Shown here one piece after another: positions 50,875 through 60,312 of a DNA stretch of 64,000 nt. The position numbers and the translations under genes were made by a program. The notes beneath the pieces were generated by a model. That model was given only the letters and a program-made list of their open reading frames with translations, searched no databases and was not told where the DNA came from. This DNA comes from an uncultured virus (IMG/VR IMGVR_UViG_3300001580_000009) (Duplodnaviria; Heunggongvirae; Uroviricota; Caudoviricetes), in IMG/VR virus record IMGVR_UViG_3300001580_000009, one strand, 5' to 3'. The stretch's first letter is position 1, and each line of letters begins with the position of its first letter.

Positions 50875-51330
50875 TTAATACTGTATTGTAGCTTTGTTTA
50901 AGCTTTGATTGAAGAAAACACTGAGTACGTCAGGGGCGTTGAAGGGCTGAACGGCAATTTCTACCTCAATTAAAATACCATTTTCTTTGGGGAAAGCTTT
51001 AACAGTATTAATTTGAAGTCTCGGGTCCAAGCTAGCGACTCTACGAATTTCACTTTCTAATTTATACTGAACATCAGCGGTGTTAGGCTCAAAAATGAAG
51101 TTCCAGACTGTAGAACCATATTGCGGTTGTCCTACTTTTTCACCTTGACGTATATTCAGGGCATTAAGAAAGTCTTGAATCACTAATTGCTCGTCTACCG
51201 TACGGAACTTTTTACCGTATATGATTGGTTTGGTGATTCCGTTAGGTCCACCTTTAATACCAGGATTGGTATTAACCACCGTTCTAGGTAAATTAGCATT
51301 TATAGTACTGAATCCGATATATGTAGCCAT
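50875..51330 (-). CDS. gp25: Baseplate wedge subunit gp25-like
   Basis: LVIQDFLNALNIRQGEKVGQPQYGSTVWNFIFEP...IRRVASLDPRL. Confidence 0.88.
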   Translation of the reverse strand: MATYIGFSTINANLPRTVVNTNPGIKGGPNGITKPIIYGKKFRTVDEQLVIQDFLNALNIRQGEKVGQPQYGSTVWNFIFEPNTADVQYKLESEIRRVASLDPRLQINTVKAFPKENGILIEVEIAVQPFNAPDVLSVFFNQSLNKATIQY

Positions 51331-51334
51331 ACTG

Positions 51335-51342
51335 TATTTATA
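51335..51342 (-). promoter_or_regulatory. T4-type late promoter TATAAATA
   Basis: Exact consensus, 4 nt before the gp25-like ATG. Confidence 0.65.
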
Positions 51343-51347
51343 TTATT

Positions 51348-54300
51348 TTAACCCAGAGCTTTGTTAGCTCGTTCTTTTAATGCGATGTATGCAGGATCTT
51401 CAGTTAGATCAAACCAAGCTTTTTTGGCTGCTGCGATTTCCGGCGCACCTGCGGGATACGACTGCGCTGCTTTATTATAGGCTTTTCTAGCATCATCGAT
51501 CCTGTTATTCCAAGCCATTAATTCTCTAGCAATGTTAGCGTTATTGTCAGATTCTTCCATCTGTTTTTGTAAGTCTGACTTGGCTTGCTCTGATACTTCG
51601 CCTAGTAAGTTGGGTTTCGGAATACCCGGATCACCTAACAATGCGCTAATTTGTGATGTAATTCCACCTCTGTCTGTGGTGTTCAACCCAACTGTTGGTA
51701 ACTTTATTGGCACTGCACCACCAGAACCCAATGCTGCTATAGCAGAATTCAATTGTGCTGCTGCTCCAGGCGGGAGACCTGACATTAATGCGGACTTCAG
51801 GGAATTAGTTAAGAATCCAGCAGGATTGGGCATTCCATTCATCATAGCTGATGACGCATCCTTTATTAATGATGCTATAGGTGCTGCTCCGGGCACAGAA
51901 TTTATTGCTCCCATTGCACCATTTACTACAGAAGATACAACTTTCTGTCCGCCCGGTAAGTTGCTTATTCCGCTGGCCAAGCCAGATGCAGCACTAGCTA
52001 TTCCGCCTGTTGCGTTGGCGGCATTGCTCAATGAACCCATTACACCGGATGCACTATTCAATATCGCACCGCTACCTGCTAGCGAGCTTACTGCGCTTAG
52101 GCCGCTTCCTACAACAGAAGAAGTTAATGCTCCGGCTGCTCCTGCGGCAGCAGCGGCTAATATCGGCGGAGCTTTTCCTTGGGCAGCCATTGCTCCTACA
52201 GTAGATGCTGCTAATGCTCCCAATGCATTTGGAGCGTTATTGGTAGTTCCAGCTAATGCCCCGATTGTTGTCATTGCTGCAGTAGCAACCGTTCCCGATA
52301 CCTTGGCCTGAGAAAGTAATGATGCTCCAACCGAGCTTGCTACAGAACCTACAGAGGCACCAGCAGCTAATTTATCAGCAGCATTCGCTGCTGTCATGGC
52401 TAGTGCTGCCAAGTTCTGAGGTACCCCGGGTTTCAATGGTACGAAAGATTTAACTATCGCAGCAAAAGCTGATGCTGATACACCCTTTGTAGAGTCAAGT
52501 AGACTTGCCACACCTTGCACCTTGCTCATTGTGTTTAATGCTTTGGCTATGCCACCTAAACCACCTGTCATTGTTTGAGATAGTCCTGCAGCATAAGCTC
52601 CTTGACCTATTGTTTTTAGTACTGTTCCTGCAACTGCGTTTGCTGCCCCAAGAGTAGACGAGATTGCACCGGCTGCTGCGCCAATTGGTGCATAAGCTGA
52701 TGAAACGCTGCCCGCAAATCCCTTCACTGCGCTGATGGTAGAATCAATGCCCAATTTAGCACCAGACATGACTATGCCTGCGATCTGCTGCGGTGCTTCT
52801 TTTCCGGACAATGTACCTAAACTTTGTAACTGTTTCTGTGCTGCACTCAAATTAGCTACTTGGCTTATTGCTTGGGCAGCAGTGTTGTTTGCAAGACGAA
52901 CTAAGTTTTCGCCGCCGGGCTTGCCTGTAAACAGATTAGATGACAATGCGGATTGTACATTGGCACCTGACGCCACTAGTGAATCTACAAGGGTTGATGC
53001 TCCGGGTTTCACGAACCCACTTGTTTCTAAATTCTTAACTGTTTCTCCGAACGATCCCACTACCGCAACCTTGCCGGCTGCTGTTTGCGCTATACCGGCA
53101 CCTTGTTGTACTGCAGCAGCTAGAGGGCCAGTAGCAACATCATTGGCAATAGCTCCCAATGTTGCGCTGGTGACGTTCTTGTCCATTGCTGCGCTTACCG
53201 GGCTAGTAACGGGCATTGTAGCCGCAGTAGACACTGACACTGCGTTCGTTACACTATTCAAACCTGCTTGATTGGCGTCGGCTACACCGGCTGCAGGTGG
53301 CGAAGGTAAATTACCTTCAGCACTTAAATCTACTTTAACGTCTACTCCTTGGCCCGCATTAGCCCATGGGCAATGCGCTGGCGCTCTACTAGTAATACTC
53401 AATAGTTTACCGGGTGCAGCAACGAAGCCCTTCACCTTATCATGCAACGTATCTGTATGAACCATTATAGGCAAAGGTTTAACTTCTTGCGGTTTCGTTG
53501 AAGCAGAACCGGTATTAAGATTAATTTTAGATCCGTTTATGTAAGTAATATCTTTACTAACAAACGATGATTCGCCGCCTGATTCAAAACTCATTTGTTC
53601 ATCTACTTTAGTAGTCATTTGACCTAAAGTATGGACTTTATAATTTTGACCGATTCGTTGTAAGTAATCTTTATCTGCTACAGTGTGTATTTGTTCTGCT
53701 TGAATATTAAGATTTTTAGCAGCGTGAATATTAATATTGTTGTCTGCGTGTAAATTTAAATCACCCTGTGTTCTTAGGTTAATTGAGTTGGTAGAGTAAA
53801 CATCAACTGTGCCTTCTTTACCTAACTCAATGTATGATTGACCATTAGAATGCAACAGCATTAATGTTTGACCATCATCACTCATTAATATTTGGTGTCC
53901 TAATGCCGTACGAATTCTGATTAATTGATCACGACCAATTACATCGCCATCATCCATAACAATTGAATGGCCGCCGCGACGAGCGAGTACCCGCAACTGT
54001 TGATTTTTACTGTCATCTAAGTTACCGGCTACTGTATTATCATCAAAGCCACCTGAATATATAGGGCGACCGGGAGTGCTTACGCCCCAACCTACTCTAG
54101 ATGGTGTCTCTCGCTGTGAACTTGATGATATAGGTCCCCTAATAGGGTCTCTAATAATACCCTGCTGCGCCATGATCATGGCAGTATAGGTATGTACTGG
54201 TTTGGGTTCCTTTAAGTATTTGTCCGTATTGGCCACTCCCGGATTATTCATATTAATGTTAGTAACCGGAAGTCTTACAGCACCACCATAACTTTGTGCT

Positions 54301-54749
54301 TCTCCTTCATTTGCTATAATGTTTTCTGTAGCTCCAATGGCAGGCACCATTGTCAATGCTTCGGGTTCAGGGATCGCTCCTATGTAGAAGCCATAGTTCA
54401 TGTCACCGTTAACAAATATACAGATTACTCTTGTACCTATGTCCGGTGGTGAGCTCCAGTAACCATATGAACTAGAATTAGTTTTGTAACTCCCGTAACC
54501 TGTTTCACTTGATGTAGGTCTCACCAAACCATAGAAAGGACTTAAGAAAGAAACAGTGACCCAGTTTTTCTTATCATCAGGATCAAGACCGCTGTTGTCT
54601 GCAATGTAAACTTGAAGTCTACCTGCTCTAATCGGATCGATATTGTCCTTAACGATTCCTATGACAGGTGCTAAACGAGCATTGGCATTACCCGCAAACG
54701 GGGTACTAGCTCTTGTTGAACCTGACGGTTTGAAATAATCCTGTGCCAT
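51348..54749 (-). CDS. Baseplate central spike, gp5/VgrG-like, with long Ala/Gly/Ser-rich C-terminal extension
   Basis: OB-fold GIVKDNIDPIRAGRLQV...PPDIGTRV.C.F; beta-helix region RGGHSIVMDDG, RTALGHQILMSDD and INGSKINLN. Confidence 0.8.
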   Translation of the reverse strand: MAQDYFKPSGSTRASTPFAGNANARLAPVIGIVKDNIDPIRAGRLQVYIADNSGLDPDDKKNWVTVSFLSPFYGLVRPTSSETGYGSYKTNSSSYGYWSSPPDIGTRVICIFVNGDMNYGFYIGAIPEPEALTMVPAIGATENIIANEGEAQSYGGAVRLPVTNINMNNPGVANTDKYLKEPKPVHTYTAMIMAQQGIIRDPIRGPISSSSQRETPSRVGWGVSTPGRPIYSGGFDDNTVAGNLDDSKNQQLRVLARRGGHSIVMDDGDVIGRDQLIRIRTALGHQILMSDDGQTLMLLHSNGQSYIELGKEGTVDVYSTNSINLRTQGDLNLHADNNINIHAAKNLNIQAEQIHTVADKDYLQRIGQNYKVHTLGQMTTKVDEQMSFESGGESSFVSKDITYINGSKINLNTGSASTKPQEVKPLPIMVHTDTLHDKVKGFVAAPGKLLSITSRAPAHCPWANAGQGVDVKVDLSAEGNLPSPPAAGVADANQAGLNSVTNAVSVSTAATMPVTSPVSAAMDKNVTSATLGAIANDVATGPLAAAVQQGAGIAQTAAGKVAVVGSFGETVKNLETSGFVKPGASTLVDSLVASGANVQSALSSNLFTGKPGGENLVRLANNTAAQAISQVANLSAAQKQLQSLGTLSGKEAPQQIAGIVMSGAKLGIDSTISAVKGFAGSVSSAYAPIGAAAGAISSTLGAANAVAGTVLKTIGQGAYAAGLSQTMTGGLGGIAKALNTMSKVQGVASLLDSTKGVSASAFAAIVKSFVPLKPGVPQNLAALAMTAANAADKLAAGASVGSVASSVGASLLSQAKVSGTVATAAMTTIGALAGTTNNAPNALGALAASTVGAMAAQGKAPPILAAAAAGAAGALTSSVVGSGLSAVSSLAGSGAILNSASGVMGSLSNAANATGGIASAASGLASGISNLPGGQKVVSSVVNGAMGAINSVPGAAPIASLIKDASSAMMNGMPNPAGFLTNSLKSALMSGLPPGAAAQLNSAIAALGSGGAVPIKLPTVGLNTTDRGGITSQISALLGDPGIPKPNLLGEVSEQAKSDLQKQMEESDNNANIARELMAWNNRIDDARKAYNKAAQSYPAGAPEIAAAKKAWFDLTEDPAYIALKERANKALG

Positions 54750-54762
54750 TTAAATAAATCCT

Positions 54763-57246
54763 TTAAGGGTCTCGCTGATCTGTTTCTGTAGGTATAGTAT
54801 ACTCATCCGTAACCGCAGATGCATTAACCGGTTGCACCGGTGCTAGACCATTGCTACTAGTTGTTCCTGTGCCACCATTAGAGTTAGGTCCAGAGATTTG
54901 TTTGGCTCTATCTTCCCCGATTTTCTTAATTGCTTGGGAAGAGAAAGTACTTAATACACAATCTAACACTTGCGTAAACTTACCATTGTTAAATGTGCTT
55001 TCAACTCCTATAACCATATAACTTACACCTTTAATACCCAATTCGGCAGAGTTAGGGATAAAGGTGATCTGTTCATTTATAGTCATCAATCCAGTACCTT
55101 CAGAATCATAGTCGTATGGTTCTTTGAAATCTATCTCAATCAAAACTTGAGAACCATTTGGATTAACAGTATAACCATCAGGACCGTAATATCTATCGTA
55201 TTTGGCACCGGCGCCGGGATCTGCCTCATTCATTAATAAATCAGGATCACCTAATATAGTTATTTTTGCTTTTGAAAACGCACCCGGATCATACAAAATA
55301 GTTCTAATGTTATTTTGTGATTCTAATGTTCTCGGCTGACGTCCTTGACGATTTTGATCTGTAAATTTGTTAGGTAAGTTAGGTGTCTCAGCATAACCTT
55401 CAGGGTTATCACCAATCGCAGGGTTCAACGTTACGTTGAAAAAAGTATTGTCCAATTGCTGTTCATAGCCAATTACTTCACTGTTTTTACCAGTGTACCA
55501 ATATTCATATCGTTTATGCGGGCCCGGGTAAGGAGGAACTTTGCTAGCATACGCAGCCGGCAAAATCGGAGTTTCATATTTTTGAATTACGTATGTAATA
55601 TCGTATGCGTAATCGGATGTGTTGGGATCCCAACGTGGATTAGTAGCTCTAGGTGATACACTATACCAAGATACCGTTTGATTAGGATCAGGTGGTGTTG
55701 TAGGATAGTCTTTCTTTTGTGGATCCGGTGAGGTTGTTGATACGTAACTAACTTTTAATGCGTCACGCAAGAAAGAACTTTGTACGATAATTTGATCAAT
55801 AGCCTGCAATACTGCTGTGTCGTTTTTAAAAGTTAATTCTCTTTTATTGGTATTTGGAACCGCTTCTATAGCAATAGCGTCAGTTGATTCTTTTGAATTT
55901 GTAGCTCGGCTTGAAGGTGTCTTACTCTTTTCAGTATCATCTGGCAAAACTAATGATGCGTTTTCAATGAGCTTAACGTCCGGACCTATAAATTCTACGG
56001 CATAATTATTAATTTCTTTAATGCTGCCGGCATTTTTTAAATCTTGCTGTGCCGCTGTCATTTTCTTCAACATTTCACGAATGGCTTCACCTACAGTTCC
56101 TGCGGTAACTTTAGCCCCGTTGTCAACTCTGCCTCGCTTTACATTAAAAGCGACAATACTAGGCACCGGTGCAGCCTTAATTTGATACGTAGTTGCTTTA
56201 CCGTCAATTTTAAATTTAAGTGCGTTGATTAGTAAGTCGTAATACAATTCAAAAGTTCCGCCTGATTGCGGTGTTACTCTAGGATCTAATTGTATTGATT
56301 CTCCGGGAAACATTTCTTTACCTGTCAATATCTTCCCGTCATCACCGTAACCTAGAAAGCGTATTCCTAGTACAAAGAACTGCCTAGTAGGGTTCTTACC
56401 ACCTGCAGACATAGTAGGCTTGATAGTTTCTACTGCTTGTTTTAAACGAGATATCAATGAGAATCCGTAAGGTTCAGTAACCTGAAATGATATTTCCGTA
56501 GAGGTTGCTGCTGATTGAGTACCCTTACTCATCACCGTTTTAATTTTTAAATTATCTATATAAAAATCTTCAGCAAAGCCCGGCGCTCTTTGAGCCGGAT
56601 CCGTAATGCCACCACTCTGTAATATAAGTTTAGCTCCGGATATATCTCTGCGACCTGAATTTATAAAATCATCTCGGGCTCTAGGTGACATAACATACAA
56701 GGATAACTGGTATGTGTAGCTAGAGTACCACCCTAACGGATTTTTTAATCTCTTACCAGGTTTTGAGTCTCCCGCGCCGGCAGTAGTAGACGCGCCCACT
56801 GAAACTGAGCTTGAAGCTGTGCCGGGAGTGGGCGCTGAGTAATTGCTTAATCTGGCTGCTTCGGCTCTGTCGTTGCTACCATCATCGTCAGCGGTTCCCG
56901 TTAGTTCTGCTGTGGGCTCGGCGTTGGCCGTGGCCGGTGGTATCGGTTCGGCAGTGTTTGGTTGCGATGTTTCGGGTGGGGTTGCCGGCGGAGGGGCGGG
57001 AGGAGGGGTGGCTAATGCTTCTTTGACTTGTTCCCACTGACCTGAGGTTGCCATTTCAGTCATTGCCGCTTGGGCTGCAGGCGACAAATTAGGACTTGAA
57101 GCCAATCCAATGAATGATTGCGCTGATAATTTATTGATATTAGTGAGCATCATGCCGTAACTCGGGATGCCCGGACCTCTCACAATTACATTGCCGCTAG
57201 GGCTTAAATCATAGTTATAACCATTAACTGTAATGAAGTCTGCCAT
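54763..57246 (-). CDS. Baseplate hub-like structural protein (gp27-like position)
   Basis: NPLGWYSSYTYQLSLY, ISFQVTEPYG, KAKITILGDP and YMVIGVESTFNNGKFTQVL. Directly upstream of the spike. Pro/Ala-rich N-terminal linker. Confidence 0.6.
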   Translation of the reverse strand: MADFITVNGYNYDLSPSGNVIVRGPGIPSYGMMLTNINKLSAQSFIGLASSPNLSPAAQAAMTEMATSGQWEQVKEALATPPPAPPPATPPETSQPNTAEPIPPATANAEPTAELTGTADDDGSNDRAEAARLSNYSAPTPGTASSSVSVGASTTAGAGDSKPGKRLKNPLGWYSSYTYQLSLYVMSPRARDDFINSGRRDISGAKLILQSGGITDPAQRAPGFAEDFYIDNLKIKTVMSKGTQSAATSTEISFQVTEPYGFSLISRLKQAVETIKPTMSAGGKNPTRQFFVLGIRFLGYGDDGKILTGKEMFPGESIQLDPRVTPQSGGTFELYYDLLINALKFKIDGKATTYQIKAAPVPSIVAFNVKRGRVDNGAKVTAGTVGEAIREMLKKMTAAQQDLKNAGSIKEINNYAVEFIGPDVKLIENASLVLPDDTEKSKTPSSRATNSKESTDAIAIEAVPNTNKRELTFKNDTAVLQAIDQIIVQSSFLRDALKVSYVSTTSPDPQKKDYPTTPPDPNQTVSWYSVSPRATNPRWDPNTSDYAYDITYVIQKYETPILPAAYASKVPPYPGPHKRYEYWYTGKNSEVIGYEQQLDNTFFNVTLNPAIGDNPEGYAETPNLPNKFTDQNRQGRQPRTLESQNNIRTILYDPGAFSKAKITILGDPDLLMNEADPGAGAKYDRYYGPDGYTVNPNGSQVLIEIDFKEPYDYDSEGTGLMTINEQITFIPNSAELGIKGVSYMVIGVESTFNNGKFTQVLDCVLSTFSSQAIKKIGEDRAKQISGPNSNGGTGTTSSNGLAPVQPVNASAVTDEYTIPTETDQRDP

Positions 57247-57558
57247 TTAGATTCCCAATGCTGCTTTTAAGGTATCCATAGTAGGTATATATATTTTGAT
57301 GCCAGCCACAAAATCAAAATACGGATCCTTACTTAATTTATTAGGGTTGCGTTGAGCGAATACCCACCACAATCTAGAATCACCGTATAAGTCATACGCT
57401 AATAAATCAGGTCTATGTTCATACACTCTTGGCAATTCATAATAAACATCAGTTGATAATGCCGGGATTGGGCGAAACTCTAATACATCTAGATATCTAT
57501 TGTCTACAACGGACGTATTTCTAAATGGACTAGTTGACGGATATATGTTGTTTATCAT
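57247..57558 (-). CDS. gp53: Baseplate wedge protein gp53-like (LysM-like)
   Basis: YEHRPDLLAYDLYGDSRLWWVFAQRN...G.KIYIP. Probable start at 57558 (TAATG). Confidence 0.75.
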   Translation of the reverse strand: MINNIYPSTSPFRNTSVVDNRYLDVLEFRPIPALSTDVYYELPRVYEHRPDLLAYDLYGDSRLWWVFAQRNPNKLSKDPYFDFVAGIKIYIPTMDTLKAALGI

Positions 57559-59240
57559 TACCAAACTCCTGGCTTCTGTCTCTTAGAACCACGTAATAGC
57601 TCACCCGTAGCGTATTGCTTGACGCTAAAGTCATTACTAATTTGATTTCTACTAATCATCGGTGCTGCTGAGATTTGCAATTGAATTTTTGTTGGAACAT
57701 AAGTGGGTTCTTTTTGATTTTTAGGTCCCGCAGCAAATTGTACTGGAATCGGTCTTCCACCGGGGCTGATGCCCTTCAATCTAGTCTGTGATGCTGTTCC
57801 TGTAGTTCCTCCAGAATCAGGACCGATCTTAGTTTGTTCATTTATTGACGCACGTATATAATCAACATTATTCGGCAAATTATAATTAAACGAAGTGATT
57901 ACTAATGGGTGAGTGTCAAATTGAAACGCCCCTAAACCATGGAGATAACATAAAGGCGGGGGAGTTCCTGCTTTAGGATCTTTGTCCTGCGCATAAAACA
58001 TTTTTGTAACTGATCTAAAGAAATGAATTACAGCCAACAAATAATTAGCTTCAAACGTGTCTTGCGCCGTAAAGTCTCCCGTAATAGTTATATTATCTAT
58101 GCTACTGCTATTGTATTGGTATATTTTATAATTACTATGAGTTACCGTAGTTGGATCATAGTTTGCAACATATTGAACTTGAATTTGCGGAGTATACGGG
58201 AATATAACACCTTTAGTGTCTGCTAAGGGTGCAAGTATACCCGGAGAATCTTTATTTTCATATAGATAATACGCACCTTCTGCCAAAGATAATCTTACTC
58301 TCCAGTCTTTCTGTAAGTTGAAATTTACTTCATCTTGTGCGCTAGCCTGAGCATTTGGTGAGTTGACGTTTTGTAACCCTTGAACATTAGTTGCGGATCT
58401 AACGTCATCGTCAGTGGGCGGAATATATTCAGGTGTGTCGGCCATACCTGCGTCAGCCATTGCCGCTGTTTCGTCATCCAATGCGTCAATTACTGCTTGT
58501 TCAGTGGGGGGCTCCTGTTCTGATTGAGCCGCAATCATTTCTGACTGCAAGAATGGGTCTTCTTCAGCGTCAATTACTGCCTGTTCAGTAGGGGGCTCCT
58601 GTTCTGATTGAGCCGCAATCATTTCTGACTGCAAGAATGGGTCTTCTTCAGCGTCAATTACATCTTGCGAGGTCGGTTCTTCTACCGCTATTGGCTCTGC
58701 CATTGCCGCTGTTTCGTCATCTAATGCGTCAATTACTGTTTGTTCCGTCGGAGTTTCTGGTTCAGTTGCAGGCGGGCCCGCGGGATCAGAAGATGTCGTA
58801 ACCGGCAATTCCCCGTTTTGTTTTAGGTAGGCTACGGCTGCCGGTGAGGCTTGGGAAGGGTCTATTTTTGCTATTTCTATATCAATCGCAGCAGCCTCGT
58901 CTTGTTTGGCAATATAAGGTTTTCTAGCGTTGGTTCTCGCATCAAATGCTGCGTCCCGTGCAGCAAGTAATGGTTGGTACTCGGCTAATTGTGTATTCCA
59001 TTGAGTTTGTATCGCCAGGTACTGTTGTTGCAATGCCGCATTATTCGGATTGGCATCTGCCGCCTTTTTAGCGTCAATTACATCTCCCAAATCTAAATTG
59101 CCGGGACGCGATAGGAATGCATCTAATGCTGCTTGAGCCTGATTGAGTTTTACGTCTGCGGCTTCCGCGGCGGCCAGCAAAGGTACTAATTCTTGTTCTT
59201 TTATTGCTAACTGTGCCTTTAATTCTGCGACTGTGGCCAT
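57558..59240 (-). CDS. Tail tube initiator/baseplate junction protein (gp48/gp54-like) with N-terminal helical and acidic repeat region
   Basis: C-terminal DWRVRLS...GVIFPYTPQI...HSNY...ITGDFTAQ...HFFRSVTKMF...PPPL..LHG.G...P.VITSFNY.LP..VDYI. Confidence 0.6.
   Translation of the reverse strand: MATVAELKAQLAIKEQELVPLLAAAEAADVKLNQAQAALDAFLSRPGNLDLGDVIDAKKAADANPNNAALQQQYLAIQTQWNTQLAEYQPLLAARDAAFDARTNARKPYIAKQDEAAAIDIEIAKIDPSQASPAAVAYLKQNGELPVTTSSDPAGPPATEPETPTEQTVIDALDDETAAMAEPIAVEEPTSQDVIDAEEDPFLQSEMIAAQSEQEPPTEQAVIDAEEDPFLQSEMIAAQSEQEPPTEQAVIDALDDETAAMADAGMADTPEYIPPTDDDVRSATNVQGLQNVNSPNAQASAQDEVNFNLQKDWRVRLSLAEGAYYLYENKDSPGILAPLADTKGVIFPYTPQIQVQYVANYDPTTVTHSNYKIYQYNSSSIDNITITGDFTAQDTFEANYLLAVIHFFRSVTKMFYAQDKDPKAGTPPPLCYLHGLGAFQFDTHPLVITSFNYNLPNNVDYIRASINEQTKIGPDSGGTTGTASQTRLKGISPGGRPIPVQFAAGPKNQKEPTYVPTKIQLQISAAPMISRNQISNDFSVKQYATGELLRGSKRQKPGVW
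58456..58745 (-). repeat. In-frame direct repeats: 84-bp unit x2 (58483, 58567) flanked by two copies of a ~47-bp unit (58456, 58699)
   Basis: The repeats encode VIDAEEDPFLQSEMIAAQSEQEPPTEQA x2 and EQxVIDALDDETAAMA x2. The DNA copies differ at only ~2 positions each. Confidence 0.95.
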
Positions 59241-59263
59241 ACATTTTCACCTTTACTAAATAG

Positions 59264-59270
59264 TATTTAT
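59264..59270 (-). promoter_or_regulatory. Putative late promoter ATAAATA heading the baseplate module
   Basis: Upstream of SD AGGTG and the ATG at 59240. Confidence 0.65.
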
Positions 59271-59304
59271 CGCTAAAAAAGTCCCCATTTTTTACCCTAT
59301 AGTG

Positions 59305-59333
59305 TTGTAAAACCTATTAAACTATGCTATATT
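59305..59333 (+). promoter_or_regulatory. Sigma70-type promoter for gp55
   Basis: TTGTAA-N17-TATATT with extended TG; SD AAGGA before the ATG at 59360. Confidence 0.6.
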
Positions 59334-59359
59334 CTTAGCATTTGTTAACCTAAGGAACT

Positions 59360-60262
59360 ATGTCTACAATACCCGCAATCAAAAAACCCGTAAATTATCT
59401 AAACAATAAGGACATTCTCAAAGAGATTCATGAGAGCAAAAATTCTTATTGTTACTTTTCTAAGCAGGAATATCATCGTTACGATCTAATCGTCGATGCT
59501 GCCCACGATGAGTTAAACAAAGCACTAGAAACAGTGCTTAATCCCGAAAATATTCAAACAGCAAAAGAAAATCGAGCCAATCGACTTTCAGTAGAAACTG
59601 GTCAAAAGATTGACCCAAATGATATTCCTACTACTGATTTAGTATTTAGAGTGATGACTTGGGAGCATATTCCCGTTTCACCCAAGCAACCACGTAAAGT
59701 TACAAAAAAGAAAACGGCAAAGGACATCATTGAATTTGAAGATGATTCCGAAGATGAGCTATTTGCTGACTTAGAAGATTCTACAACCAAAGATGAAGTT
59801 GACGACATGGTGCATGTTAAGGTCAACTTCCCACCATTTCAGCATTTTAAGATTGACGAAAATGGTTCATTCAAATGTGTAGGCAAAAGTCATTGGATCG
59901 GCGGAATCAAAACTGGACATTTCAGCAAAGACCACGGTAGGATTACCGATAAGTTAGCCCGAATGTATATTCTTCTTTGCGAAAAATATTCAATGAAGTT
60001 CAATTGGCGCGGATATACTTACAACGATGAAATGCGCAATAGCGCCATTCTTCAGTTAACTTATGTAGGTTTACGATTCAACGAAGCTAAATCGGCTAAT
60101 CCATTTGCTTATTACACTGCTGCCATCAATAACAGTTTCTGTCGTGTATTGAATACCGAAAAACGCAATCAAAATATTCGTGATGATATTTTAGAATTGG
60201 CTGGGTTAAACCCAAGTTGGTCACGCCAGAGTATGAGTTCGGGCGCTTCATACGAAGAATAA
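59360..60262 (+). CDS. gp55: Late transcription sigma factor, T4 gp55-like
   Basis: NYLNNKDILKEI...NWRGYTYNDEM...FNEAKSANPFAYYT..INNSF.R.LN.EK.NQ.I. Adjacent to gp47. Confidence 0.88.
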   Translation: MSTIPAIKKPVNYLNNKDILKEIHESKNSYCYFSKQEYHRYDLIVDAAHDELNKALETVLNPENIQTAKENRANRLSVETGQKIDPNDIPTTDLVFRVMTWEHIPVSPKQPRKVTKKKTAKDIIEFEDDSEDELFADLEDSTTKDEVDDMVHVKVNFPPFQHFKIDENGSFKCVGKSHWIGGIKTGHFSKDHGRITDKLARMYILLCEKYSMKFNWRGYTYNDEMRNSAILQLTYVGLRFNEAKSANPFAYYTAAINNSFCRVLNTEKRNQNIRDDILELAGLNPSWSRQSMSSGASYEE

Positions 60263-60312
60263 CTTTACCGTTATTATAGCGGTCCTACACCATTATAATT
60301 TATAATTATCGA

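Noticed and set aside
51532..53460. Long plus-strand ORFs (259 aa, 178 aa and others)
   Set aside because: Antisense frames left open by Ala/Gly/Ser codon bias in the spike gene; no SD or domain signal.
58456..58745. CRISPR-like array
   Set aside because: In-frame coding tandem repeats without unique spacers; no cas genes.
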